From NCBI GenBank assembly GCA_018434685.1, contig JAHDOV010000005.1:997-64996 (forward strand): DNA of 64,000 nt, in the 5' to 3' direction. Within the stretch, counting starts at the first letter, position 1, and each line of letters opens with the position of its first letter. The notes beneath the pieces are model-generated. The model was not told where the DNA came from. It was given only the letters and a program-made list of their open reading frames with translations, and did not search any database. Origin of the DNA: Deltaproteobacteria bacterium (lineage in GTDB: Bacteria; Desulfobacterota; Desulfomonilia; UBA1062). Position numbers and translations under genes: made by a program. Shown piece after piece: positions 27,934 through 36,847 of the stretch.

Positions 27934-28902
27934 TTGTCGCTGGTAAGTGTGATCATTCCTACGTGCAACCGCCTGGAAGAACTGAGGCGCGCCATTGCGA
28001 GCGTACTTGCGGGATCCTACCCGGAGTTTGAGATCCTTGTAGTCAATGACGGTTCAGAGGAACAGCCGGTACAGGATATACTCGAGAGTTTTTGCGATAC
28101 GAGGATCCGTTACCTCAGGAATCAACATTGCAAGGGGTCGAGCGGTGCGCGCAATACCGGCCTGGATAATGCTCTGGGACACTACATTGCCTACCTGGAC
28201 GACGATGATGAGTGGCTGCCCACCAAACTGCAGGCGCAGGTCTCCCGGCTTGAGAGCCTCGATGATTCCTGGGGCGGGTGTTACTGCGGTTATCTCCTGC
28301 GGGAGGGCAAGCACTGGAGGAAGGTCCTGCATCTGCGCCAAGGGAGTTTTCTCAGGAAATTCCTCCTCATAGAGAATTCCATTGGTGCACCCTCCACCCT
28401 CCTCCTCAGGCGCGGGGCTGCCGAAAAGGTCGGCCACTTCAATGAAGACCTGGCGAGACACGAAGACTACCTCTACCTGATCAGGTTCTTCCGCGAGTAC
28501 AGGCTGGCCTTTGTGGATGACATCCTGGCCAGGATTAACGGGCATAATATCCCACGCTCAGTCGACGCTGAAGAGGCAAAAGATAAGCTGTTTCAGCTCA
28601 TACGTGATGATCTGGCCACGCTTGATCCCCGCGACAGGAAGCGGTATTTCGCCCTCCAGTACCGGGAACTTGCCATGCTCTGTGCCGGTGAGCACCAGAC
28701 GGCCAGGAGTATGGCCTATGTACGGAAATCGCTCGGGTCGGCGCTCCTTCCGCCCATCCGGTATGTGAAGATGTTCCTGGCCATTATTGACAGCCTGTTG
28801 CGGATCCACCTTGTTGACCGGTGGGAAGAACTCTCGACATGGGTAAAGATAACCCTATTGGAACGAGGGCAAAACTCGCATAGCGGGTTGCCGAGGGCGT
28901 AG
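27934..28902 (+). CDS. Glycosyltransferase family 2
   Basis: VSVIIPTCNRLEELRRAIASV, ILVVNDGSEE and YLDDDDEW (DxD). TTG start. Confidence 0.8.
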   Translation: MSLVSVIIPTCNRLEELRRAIASVLAGSYPEFEILVVNDGSEEQPVQDILESFCDTRIRYLRNQHCKGSSGARNTGLDNALGHYIAYLDDDDEWLPTKLQAQVSRLESLDDSWGGCYCGYLLREGKHWRKVLHLRQGSFLRKFLLIENSIGAPSTLLLRRGAAEKVGHFNEDLARHEDYLYLIRFFREYRLAFVDDILARINGHNIPRSVDAEEAKDKLFQLIRDDLATLDPRDRKRYFALQYRELAMLCAGEHQTARSMAYVRKSLGSALLPPIRYVKMFLAIIDSLLRIHLVDRWEELSTWVKITLLERGQNSHSGLPRA

Positions 28903-28909
28903 CCATAAC

Positions 28910-30220
28910 ATGCTCGAAAAGATACGATCACGAACGCTTGTCTGGGATACCATCACCACCACGCTCTGGAGCACGCTGGGTAAGGCCGTCGGTTTCCTGA
29001 TCCCGTTCTTTCTGGCCGCATGGTTCGGGGTAAGTGCCGAGACCGATGCGTTCTTCTTCGCCTATGCCTTGATCCTGTTTCTCGCCGAGATCTTCTCCAT
29101 CGTGGTTGAACGGGTCATCGTGCCCTATATCGCTGAATTGCGGGCAAAAGACGGAGACGTGGGCATTTTTGTGGGCAGGATCATGACTGTCAGCGGCATC
29201 GGCCTGGGATGCCTGGCTGCTGTCTTTCTGCTCCTCGTACGACCGCTGCTGCCGGTGATCACTGATTTCGGGGCCGCGAAAATCGGCTTGATCTCTAAGC
29301 TGCTCCTCGAATTCTCCCCCCTGGTGGTACTGCTGGTGTGGACGAGCATCCTCGCGGGGACCATGAATGCCCATAAAAGATTCGCCATCCCGGCTGTATC
29401 CCCCGTGTTTCGGGCCCTGATCAACCTGCTGGTGATCTATCTCATGAAAGACATATGGGGCGTTCATGCGATCGTGTTCGGATATCTCGCCGGTGAGGTA
29501 GTGCGTTTCGGGGTCCTGCTGGGCGTCATACAAAAAACGGGGGTGTGCCGGGTGCGTCTCGACCTGCATCTCGATGACAGGATGCGGAACTTCATCAGGA
29601 CCGCCTCCTACCAGGTGTTCGGCATGGTCGCGGTGGGGATGAATCCGCTTGTCGACAAGACCATGGCCTCCTGGCTGGGGGAGGGGAGTGTTTCCATCCT
29701 TTACTATGCTGACCGGCTCTACATGATCCCTGTCTCATTTATCATATCGGGCCTGATGGTGACGCTGCTCTCGCACTGGAGTGGAAAATTCTACACCAAC
29801 ATGGATGCCGCCAGGCTGAGGAAAGATGTCGGCAAGGCCGTCGGGTTCATCATCTGTCTGACGCTTGCGATGCTGATCGTTCTCGCCGCCGCCAGTCGCC
29901 CCCTGGTGTGGCTGGCATTCGGGGGAGGGGCATTCGACGTGGCCATCCTCGATGAGGTGCGCTGGGTGTGGATCTGTTACCTCCTGGGTTTTGCACCCCA
30001 GATGGTGGGGCGCATCTATATCCAGGCACACCTGACCCTGAAGAACACGATCGACCTCATGCGCAGCGGCATTATGGTGTGTTTCCTGAATGTGGTTTTG
30101 AACTACCTCTTCATGGGCCCCTGGGGTGTACAGGGGATCGCGCTGGCCACAACTCTCACCTCGATATGCTCAATGACCTTCCTGACCATCAGGTTTTACC
30201 GGAAGACTGCCCGGTCGTGA
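28910..30220 (+). CDS. MurJ/MviN-like MOP-family flippase inside a glycan locus
   Basis: About 12-14 TM helices. The N-terminus resembles MurJ (GKAVGFLIPFFLAAWFGVSAETDAFFFAYAL). Confidence 0.7.
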   Translation: MLEKIRSRTLVWDTITTTLWSTLGKAVGFLIPFFLAAWFGVSAETDAFFFAYALILFLAEIFSIVVERVIVPYIAELRAKDGDVGIFVGRIMTVSGIGLGCLAAVFLLLVRPLLPVITDFGAAKIGLISKLLLEFSPLVVLLVWTSILAGTMNAHKRFAIPAVSPVFRALINLLVIYLMKDIWGVHAIVFGYLAGEVVRFGVLLGVIQKTGVCRVRLDLHLDDRMRNFIRTASYQVFGMVAVGMNPLVDKTMASWLGEGSVSILYYADRLYMIPVSFIISGLMVTLLSHWSGKFYTNMDAARLRKDVGKAVGFIICLTLAMLIVLAAASRPLVWLAFGGGAFDVAILDEVRWVWICYLLGFAPQMVGRIYIQAHLTLKNTIDLMRSGIMVCFLNVVLNYLFMGPWGVQGIALATTLTSICSMTFLTIRFYRKTARS

Positions 30221-30551
30221 GATTCGATCCCGGAGCTTTGGATATTAGAGGGGAATATTGACAGAATAGTGCAGTGGGTGCTAGTTCACTGGCTGGCGCT
30301 GCCCTTATAACGTCCGGGCATTTCTTTGGCGGGTTTGGTGATCTCTGAGGTATGACCGGGGCGTTGGGTACAGGCATAATATCTCATCATCGGAAGAAGG
30401 GCAATGAAATGCTGTCTGGGCAAACAGAGAATCTTTGCAGGGTGGTCGTGGCCCTGGACCCATTGTGCGATGTCGGAAGTGCACAGCGGCAATCCTGCCC
30501 ACGATCCCGGTACACCAGTGAGCCTCGTGCTGTGTCAGGAAACCTTCCAGC

Positions 30552-31688
30552 ATGAAAATACTCTTTACCATTCCCTCGCTTGCCGGCGGGGGTGCCGAGA
30601 AGATGCTGATGCAGTTGCTGACACACCTGGACAGACGGAAATTCCAGGTTGAGCTGGCCGTGTTTGATTATTCCGGGAGGTATACCAGCAGCGTGCCTGG
30701 AGATGTCGTGGTCTACGATCTGGAGAAAAAGCGCAGGCACGATATGGTGAGGGCGACGCTGCGTCTGGCAGGGATTCTGCGCCGGGAGTGCCCGGACCTC
30801 ATTGTAAGCTTCCTGCCCTATGCGAGCACCAACACCATTGTCGCCAGGCAGCTGTCACGTACCCATATCCCCATCGTGGTTTGTGAACGCAATGCTCTCT
30901 CGAAAGTCCTCCAGGATGACGCCTGGGGACCATTGAAGGGGTTTCTGATCCGCAGGTACTACCCGCTGGCTGAGGCGGCCATCGCTGTCTCCCGGGGGGT
31001 CAGAGACGATCTCATGCACTACTACCCGTTCCCGGAGAGGGTTGGCGTGATATACAACGGAGCTGATGTACAGGCGATCCAGCGACAGACAGCGGAGCCG
31101 GTTGAACAGCCATGGTTTGATGACCACATCCCGGTGATCATTTCAGCCGGACGCCTCACGGCACAGAAGAATTTTCCCCTGTTGCTGCGGGCCTTTTCCC
31201 GGGTGCGGCAACAGATGGCCGTGAGGCTGGTTATCATGGGAACAGGGGCAGCGCGGCCGCAGTTGGAGACGCTGGCATCCGGGCTCGGAATAGCTTCTGA
31301 TGTGGCCTTCATCGGCTACCGGGATAATCCGTTTGCGTATATGTCGAAGGCGAGCCTGTTTGTGCTGTCCTCCTCGTGGGAGGGATTCGCCAATGTCATT
31401 ATCGAGGCAATGGCGTGCGGAGTCCCGGTCATTGCCACAGACTGCCCTTCCGGTCCTTCGGAAATCATCACGAGCGGCAGGGAAGGAATACTGGTCCCGG
31501 TTGAGGATGTCGACGCCCTTACGAGAGCCATGCTGCAGGTGCTGGAAGACAGCCGGCTCCGGCAGCGGCTTGCAGATTCCGGGCGGAGACGGGCCCATGA
31601 TTTCGACTATCGCACGATGGTTGCTGCATATGAAGGGTTCTTCGTAGATATGATCGAGCGCCGAAACGATGTGGCAAATCTTCCATGA
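30552..31688 (+). CDS. Glycosyltransferase family 4 (GT-B)
   Basis: MKILFTIPSLAGGGAEK N-terminus and the E-x7-E region (SSSWEGFANVIIEAMACGVPVIATDCPSGPSEI). Confidence 0.8.
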   Translation: MKILFTIPSLAGGGAEKMLMQLLTHLDRRKFQVELAVFDYSGRYTSSVPGDVVVYDLEKKRRHDMVRATLRLAGILRRECPDLIVSFLPYASTNTIVARQLSRTHIPIVVCERNALSKVLQDDAWGPLKGFLIRRYYPLAEAAIAVSRGVRDDLMHYYPFPERVGVIYNGADVQAIQRQTAEPVEQPWFDDHIPVIISAGRLTAQKNFPLLLRAFSRVRQQMAVRLVIMGTGAARPQLETLASGLGIASDVAFIGYRDNPFAYMSKASLFVLSSSWEGFANVIIEAMACGVPVIATDCPSGPSEIITSGREGILVPVEDVDALTRAMLQVLEDSRLRQRLADSGRRRAHDFDYRTMVAAYEGFFVDMIERRNDVANLP

Positions 31689-31750
31689 ACGCAGGGAAGA
31701 GAGGATCCGGGGTGGGTGATTTATGCCGGTATCTGCCTCTAGCGCAATAA

Positions 31751-32992
31751 TTGCGAATACGAAAGGAGCGAAGAATATTGTCTGCCGGAAAGATCAGGCC
31801 GCTCATCATCTACCAGATGGATCCACTGGGCAATAAGATCGGTGGGATCCAGACCTTCATAAAGAATTTCATCAAGTATGCCCCGGATGATTTCGAGATT
31901 GAATTCGTCGGGGTGAGTGCCGATACGAGGCGCGCAAAGGTTGGCGCCTGGCAGACCATCGAGATGTATGAGCGGCAGGTGAACTTTCTGCCGGTGCTCT
32001 TCAAGTCGGACGAGAATATCAGGTCGAGAATCCCCCTGAGTATGCAATTCACGGCACAGCTCATGCGCTACCGCCACAGCATAGACCTGCACGACAGGAT
32101 CGTGAATTTCCACCGTATAGAGCCAGGCATTCCGTTTGCCCTTGCACCGTGCAGGAAAGTGCTGGTGGTGCACGGCAACATGACAGACCTGTACAATCCC
32201 GGCACCGAGGTGAAGTGGCGAAGGTTTCCGTGGGCGTACTTCGGGATGGAGAAACTGCTCATGCCGGGCATGAGCAAGGTCTTTGTGGTACGCGAAGACG
32301 GTGCTGCCTTCTACAAGAAGCGCTACCCGAGCCTGGCGGAGCGGTTCTCTTTCCTGCCGACATGGGTCGACGATGCCATGTTCTATCCCCTTGCTGCCCC
32401 GGAGAAGGCAACCGCCAAGGTCGCTTTTCTTCAGCAGCAAGGCCTGCCCGGGGATACGAAGCTCGCGCTGTTCGTGGGGCGCCTTGCCGGTCAGAAAGAC
32501 CCTCTGCTGCTTCTGGATGCATTCTGTGAGCTCCGGAAGCAGGAACCGCAGACCCACCTGCTTATCGTTGGCCAGGGCAATCTGCGTCAGGAAATGGAGG
32601 AGCGACTGCGCCGGTACGGTATGTCAAAGCATGCGGCATTTCTGGGTCCGCTGACGCAGCCAGAGGTGGCCGGCCTCATGAGAATCTGCGATGTCTTTGT
32701 CATGACCTCGGCATTCGAGGGCATGCCCATCAGCGTCCTGGAGGCTCTTGCCTGCGGGCTGCCGGTGGTTTCCACCGATGTGGGCGAGGTCAGGCGGGTC
32801 ATCAGGGATGAATTATCCGGTCTGGTCTGTCACGACCGCATGCCGGATACCATCGGAGGGAATGTGGCGCGGGTGCTGCGGGAAGAGAGATTCTCTGCCC
32901 GAAACTGCACGGCCTCCATCCAGGAGTACACTGCGGGCAAGGTGCTGAACCGGATGTACGCAGCATTCATCTCGCTGGGGGCACGTCCATGA
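31751..32992 (+). CDS. Glycosyltransferase family 4 (GT-B)
   Basis: E-x7-E region (TSAFEGMPISVLEALACGLPVVSTDVGEV). The start is uncertain: 31751 TTG, 31778 TTG after AAGGAG, or 31817 ATG. Confidence 0.75.
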   Translation: MRIRKERRILSAGKIRPLIIYQMDPLGNKIGGIQTFIKNFIKYAPDDFEIEFVGVSADTRRAKVGAWQTIEMYERQVNFLPVLFKSDENIRSRIPLSMQFTAQLMRYRHSIDLHDRIVNFHRIEPGIPFALAPCRKVLVVHGNMTDLYNPGTEVKWRRFPWAYFGMEKLLMPGMSKVFVVREDGAAFYKKRYPSLAERFSFLPTWVDDAMFYPLAAPEKATAKVAFLQQQGLPGDTKLALFVGRLAGQKDPLLLLDAFCELRKQEPQTHLLIVGQGNLRQEMEERLRRYGMSKHAAFLGPLTQPEVAGLMRICDVFVMTSAFEGMPISVLEALACGLPVVSTDVGEVRRVIRDELSGLVCHDRMPDTIGGNVARVLREERFSARNCTASIQEYTAGKVLNRMYAAFISLGARP

Positions 32993-33438
32993 AGATCTGC
33001 CTCGTGTGTTCCTCCGGCGGGCATTTTCTGCAGCTGCATAGCCTGCGTGATTTCTGGGAGCGGCAGGAGCGTTTCTGGGTGACGTTCAGGGGCCGGGATA
33101 CCGAGTCGTTTCTCCAGGGAGAACAGGTCTATTGGGCTCACGAACCCACCAACCGCAATGTGAAGAATCTCATCCGGAATATGCTGCTGGCCGTCAGGCT
33201 CCTTTCCCGCGAACGACCCCGGTCCGTAGTGACCACCGGTGCCGGCGTGGCGGTACCGTTTATCTACGTTGCCAGGACACTACGCATCCGGACCGTGTAC
33301 ATCGAGTCCCTCACCCGGGTGGATAATCTTTCACTGTCAGGCAAACTGGTGTATCCGGTCGTCGATCACCTCCTCGTCCAGTGGCCGGAACTGGCCGCAC
33401 GCTATGGCAAGGCGCTCTATAAAGGACAGGTTCTATGA
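32989..33438 (+). CDS. Alg14-like membrane-anchoring subunit of a split glycosyltransferase (Cps14F/PssD-like)
   Basis: MKICLVCSSGGHFLQLHSL, RFWVTF, TTGAGVAVPF, VYIESLTRV and LLVQWPE match the Cps14F/Alg14 pattern as I remember it. The start overlaps the upstream stop. Confidence 0.75.
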   Translation: MKICLVCSSGGHFLQLHSLRDFWERQERFWVTFRGRDTESFLQGEQVYWAHEPTNRNVKNLIRNMLLAVRLLSRERPRSVVTTGAGVAVPFIYVARTLRIRTVYIESLTRVDNLSLSGKLVYPVVDHLLVQWPELAARYGKALYKGQVL

Positions 33439-33923
33439 TCTTCATCACGGTCGGGACCGAGAAATTCCCGTTCGACAGGTTGCTGCGTGCCGTGGACAGT
33501 GCACTGCTGAAAGGCAAGATCAGCCATACAGTATTCTGCCAGCGGGGGACATCCCGGTATATGCCTGAGCGTTATCCGAGTGTGCCGTTCCTCCCGTTCA
33601 ACGACATGACCCTGCAGATCAGTCAGGCCGACATCGTCATCAGTCATGCGGGAATCGGCTCGACCCTGCTGTGCACCCGTTTGGGAAGAATACCCATTCT
33701 CTTTCCGCGCGATCCTGCGCGGGGCGAACATCTGGACGGACACCAGCTGGAGTTTGCCCGCCGGATAGAGCAGGAGTCCCGGGTCCTGACAGCCTACGAT
33801 GAACAGGAACTCATCGAGAAAATCTGTCATTATGACGAGCTCGTGGGCCGGATGGAATTATCAGGGAGCTCGCGCAGGCCTGAGCTGGTGGAGTTTCTTG
33901 ATGGGTTGCTGGAGGGGGAATGA
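33435..33923 (+). CDS. Alg13-like catalytic subunit of a split glycosyltransferase (Cps14G/PssE-like, GT28 C-terminal domain)
   Basis: MIFITVGTEKFPFDRLL, ISHAGIGS and GEHLDGHQLEFA match the Cps14G/Alg13 pattern. ATGA overlap with the upstream gene. Confidence 0.75.
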   Translation: MIFITVGTEKFPFDRLLRAVDSALLKGKISHTVFCQRGTSRYMPERYPSVPFLPFNDMTLQISQADIVISHAGIGSTLLCTRLGRIPILFPRDPARGEHLDGHQLEFARRIEQESRVLTAYDEQELIEKICHYDELVGRMELSGSSRRPELVEFLDGLLEGE

Positions 33924-35329
33924 CCATACCGTTATCGATCGATTACCGCCTGATGCAGTTCACGCAGTATCCCCGCAGGTGGGTCTTGCCCCTGTTCCTG
34001 CGCCGTAACGGGTCAAGGGCATTGGAGCATTATTCTCTGATGAGGGATCTGCAGTGGGAAGCGCCCGCTGAGATCCGGCGTTACCAGATGGAAGCGTTGT
34101 GTGCCAACTTGCGCCATGCCCTCAGTGTCGTAGCCTACTACCGGAAACTCGGGATGGATCCCGGCTCAGTCACGCCCCGGAACGCGGCTGAGATGCTCCG
34201 GGGCATCCCTGTGCTCACCAAGGCCACGCTGCGTGATCAGTTCCAGAACCTGTCGGCAATCGACCTGGAGCCCGGGGTGCGAACCTTTCTGAATACCTCC
34301 GGTGGTTCCACCGGGGAGCCGGTTCTTTTCATGCAGGACAACATCTACAAAGACTGGCAGGCTGCAGCGATGATGCTGTTCGAGGAGTGGGCCGGGAGAT
34401 CCGTCACCGACCTCGAGATCAAGCTGTGGGGATCGGAAAGGGACATTATCAATGAGAGCGAAGGACTCCGGAAGAGAGCAGGGAATATCATGCGCAACCG
34501 GATCCTGCTGGATGCCTTTCACATGACCGAGCGGGGTATGGTTTCATATGTTGCCACCATCAACACCTGCCGTCCCAGGGTCATTCTGGCCTATGTGGAT
34601 GCTGTCTACGAGTTGGCCCGTTTCATTCGCGATCATGGGCTTGCGGTCGTTTCCCCGGGAGCGGTGATTACCTCGGCCGGCACCCTGTATCCGGAACAGA
34701 GGATGCTGATCGGCGAGGTGTTCGGCTGCCCGGTGTTCGACCAGTACGGTTCGCGGGAGATGGGGCAGATGGCAGGCGATTGTGAGCGCCACGAGGGGCT
34801 GCACCTCAATATGTTCAATAACTATATGGAAATCCTCGACGAGAACGATCAGCCATGTCCCCCTGGGAAGGAGGGGAGGATCGTGGTGACCACCCTGCAC
34901 AACCGCACCATGCCGCTGATCAGGTATGAGATCGGCGACATGGGGATCATGGCGGAAAAGCCCTGCTCCTGTGGACGGGGCCTGCCGATGCTCGAACGGG
35001 TCGTGGGCCGCAGCACGGAAGTGTTCAGGAACAGCCGGGGAGATGTTGTCAGTGGTCATTTTTTCAACAGGCAGCTCTTTTTCAGGACCTTTATCAAGAA
35101 GTTCCAGATAATCCAGGAGAGCCCGAACCACCTGGTCGTGAAGGTGGTGCTCGGCCAGGGAGATGACCTGTTGCGGCACCAGGATGACCTGCGCGATCTG
35201 GAACACAGGTTCCGGTCGGTGATGGGTGACGATGTGCGTGTCGAAGTTATTGCCGTGGAGGCGATAGAGCCCCTTGCTTCGGGGAAATACATCTACACCA
35301 TCTCTAAGGTCGGACGGCAGGTTCCGTGA
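33920..35329 (+). CDS. Second CapK-like adenylate-forming enzyme (PaaK/F390 synthetase family)
   Basis: GIPVLTKATLRDQ, P-loop NTSGGSTGEPVLF, QYGSREMG and RYEIGDMG. The ATG overlaps the upstream TGA. Confidence 0.75.
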   Translation: MTIPLSIDYRLMQFTQYPRRWVLPLFLRRNGSRALEHYSLMRDLQWEAPAEIRRYQMEALCANLRHALSVVAYYRKLGMDPGSVTPRNAAEMLRGIPVLTKATLRDQFQNLSAIDLEPGVRTFLNTSGGSTGEPVLFMQDNIYKDWQAAAMMLFEEWAGRSVTDLEIKLWGSERDIINESEGLRKRAGNIMRNRILLDAFHMTERGMVSYVATINTCRPRVILAYVDAVYELARFIRDHGLAVVSPGAVITSAGTLYPEQRMLIGEVFGCPVFDQYGSREMGQMAGDCERHEGLHLNMFNNYMEILDENDQPCPPGKEGRIVVTTLHNRTMPLIRYEIGDMGIMAEKPCSCGRGLPMLERVVGRSTEVFRNSRGDVVSGHFFNRQLFFRTFIKKFQIIQESPNHLVVKVVLGQGDDLLRHQDDLRDLEHRFRSVMGDDVRVEVIAVEAIEPLASGKYIYTISKVGRQVP

Positions 35330-35410
35330 GGGGTGCGGCGATCCACGGCTTGATCGATCCATGGTGATCGGGTATGGTACCCGGCACCATAACTACAACA
35401 TGAGGGGTAC

Positions 35411-36847
35411 ATGCGGGAACTGAAAAGGCTGCTCTGGGCGATGGTCCTTCTTCTTCTGGATCTGGCAGTACTCTACCTGACCTTCAGTCTGGCGCTGCAG
35501 ATCAGGATGGAGATCCTGCCCAGGATCTCTCCCGACATCTTCACGATCCGCACGATCGTGTTTCTCGACAGGTACTACTGGCTCATCGTGATCTGGCCCA
35601 TCATTTTTCTCTATGAGGGGCTCTACAAGAGACCGATCACCTTCTGGTACGCTGCCTGGAGTATGGTCAAGGCAAACACCGTTGCCATGATCCTCATTCT
35701 CGTGTTCATCTCGCTGACCCAGTCGTGGGATATCTCGCGCAGCGTGGTGGCGCTCACCTGGGGGCTGGGACTGGTGCTGTTTCCTGCCAGCCGGTACGTC
35801 TTCAATCTGCTGGTCTACCACTGGCCCTTGTTCCGCTCGAAGGTGGTGCTCTATGGGGCAGGGCTCACCGGTAAGGCCGTGCTGGAGGGCCTTGCCAAGC
35901 ACCCTGAACTGGGGATGGATATCATTGGTTTCATCGATGATGATCCTGAGCGTGTCGGTAAGGTCGTGGGGAGTTTTCACGGCAGGGATGTCGCGGTGAT
36001 CGGGCACGCCCCGGAATTTCTGGCCGGGCCCAAGGCCCGGGAAGCGGACGAGATCATCATCTCCATCTCGCACATCACCCGCGAGCGGCTGATCAAGGCC
36101 ATGGAGGTGTGCAACGAGGTGGTGGATACCGTCAAATTCATCCCCGACATCTTCGGCACCGCCATCCACAACGCCTCGATCGAGCGCGTGGATACCGCCT
36201 TGATAATGAGTTTCGAGCAGAAGCTCTCCAGACCCTCCAACCGTCTGGTGAAGCGGGTGTTCGACCTTGTGTTCAGCTCCCTTGGTATCGTGATCCTCTC
36301 ACCGTTGTGGCTCGTGGTCTATCTGTCGATCCGGACCGATTCATCGGGACGGGTACTCTTCGAACAGGGCCGGCTGGCTCAGGGCGGTGGAGGCTTCAAT
36401 CTCTACAAGTACCGCAGCATGTATTCCGACGGAGACCGGATCCTGAGTGATCTGCTGGAGAGTTCTCCCACAGCACGTCAGGAATGGGAGACCTACAAGA
36501 AACTCAAGAACGATCCCCGCGTGACCAGGGTGGGGAGGTTTATCCGCAAGTGGAGCATCGATGAGCTGCCCCAGCTCTTCAACGTGTTTTGGGGAGAGAT
36601 GAGCATAGTTGGTCCGCGGCCCTACCTGCCGCGGGAGGTCGATGACATGGGCGGATACAAGGACCTTATTCTCAAGGCCAAACCAGGCATCACGGGGCTG
36701 TGGCAGGTCTCGGGTCGCAACAACCTCACCTTTGAAGACCGACTGCGTCTGGATGCCTTCTATGTCAGAAACTGGTCGCTGTGGGGTGACATCTCGGTGT
36801 TGTTCAAGACCATCCCGGCACTGATAAGGCGTGGAGGGGCGTACTGA
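35411..36847 (+). CDS. WbaP-type polyprenyl-phosphate hexose-1-phosphate transferase (large PGT), copy 2
   Basis: Same architecture as 24202-25626: N-terminal TM block, central domain ([13 protein letters not shown]), then [41 protein letters not shown], and the tail RRGGAY. Confidence 0.85.
   Translation: MRELKRLLWAMVLLLLDLAVLYLTFSLALQIRMEILPRISPDIFTIRTIVFLDRYYWLIVIWPIIFLYEGLYKRPITFWYAAWSMVKANTVAMILILVFISLTQSWDISRSVVALTWGLGLVLFPASRYVFNLLVYHWPLFRSKVVLYGAGLTGKAVLEGLAKHPELGMDIIGFIDDDPERVGKVVGSFHGRDVAVIGHAPEFLAGPKAREADEIIISISHITRERLIKAMEVCNEVVDTVKFIPDIFGTAIHNASIERVDTALIMSFEQKLSRPSNRLVKRVFDLVFSSLGIVILSPLWLVVYLSIRTDSSGRVLFEQGRLAQGGGGFNLYKYRSMYSDGDRILSDLLESSPTARQEWETYKKLKNDPRVTRVGRFIRKWSIDELPQLFNVFWGEMSIVGPRPYLPREVDDMGGYKDLILKAKPGITGLWQVSGRNNLTFEDRLRLDAFYVRNWSLWGDISVLFKTIPALIRRGGAY

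Noticed and set aside
30305-30571. An 88-aa minus-strand ORF (and a 68-aa one at 30286-30492) in the 331-bp gap between the MurJ-like gene and the next GT4.
   Set aside because: No RBS and no recognisable motif. It overlaps the GT4 start and sits in GC-rich DNA where random ORFs are common. It could still be a decayed gene fragment, but I cannot support that.
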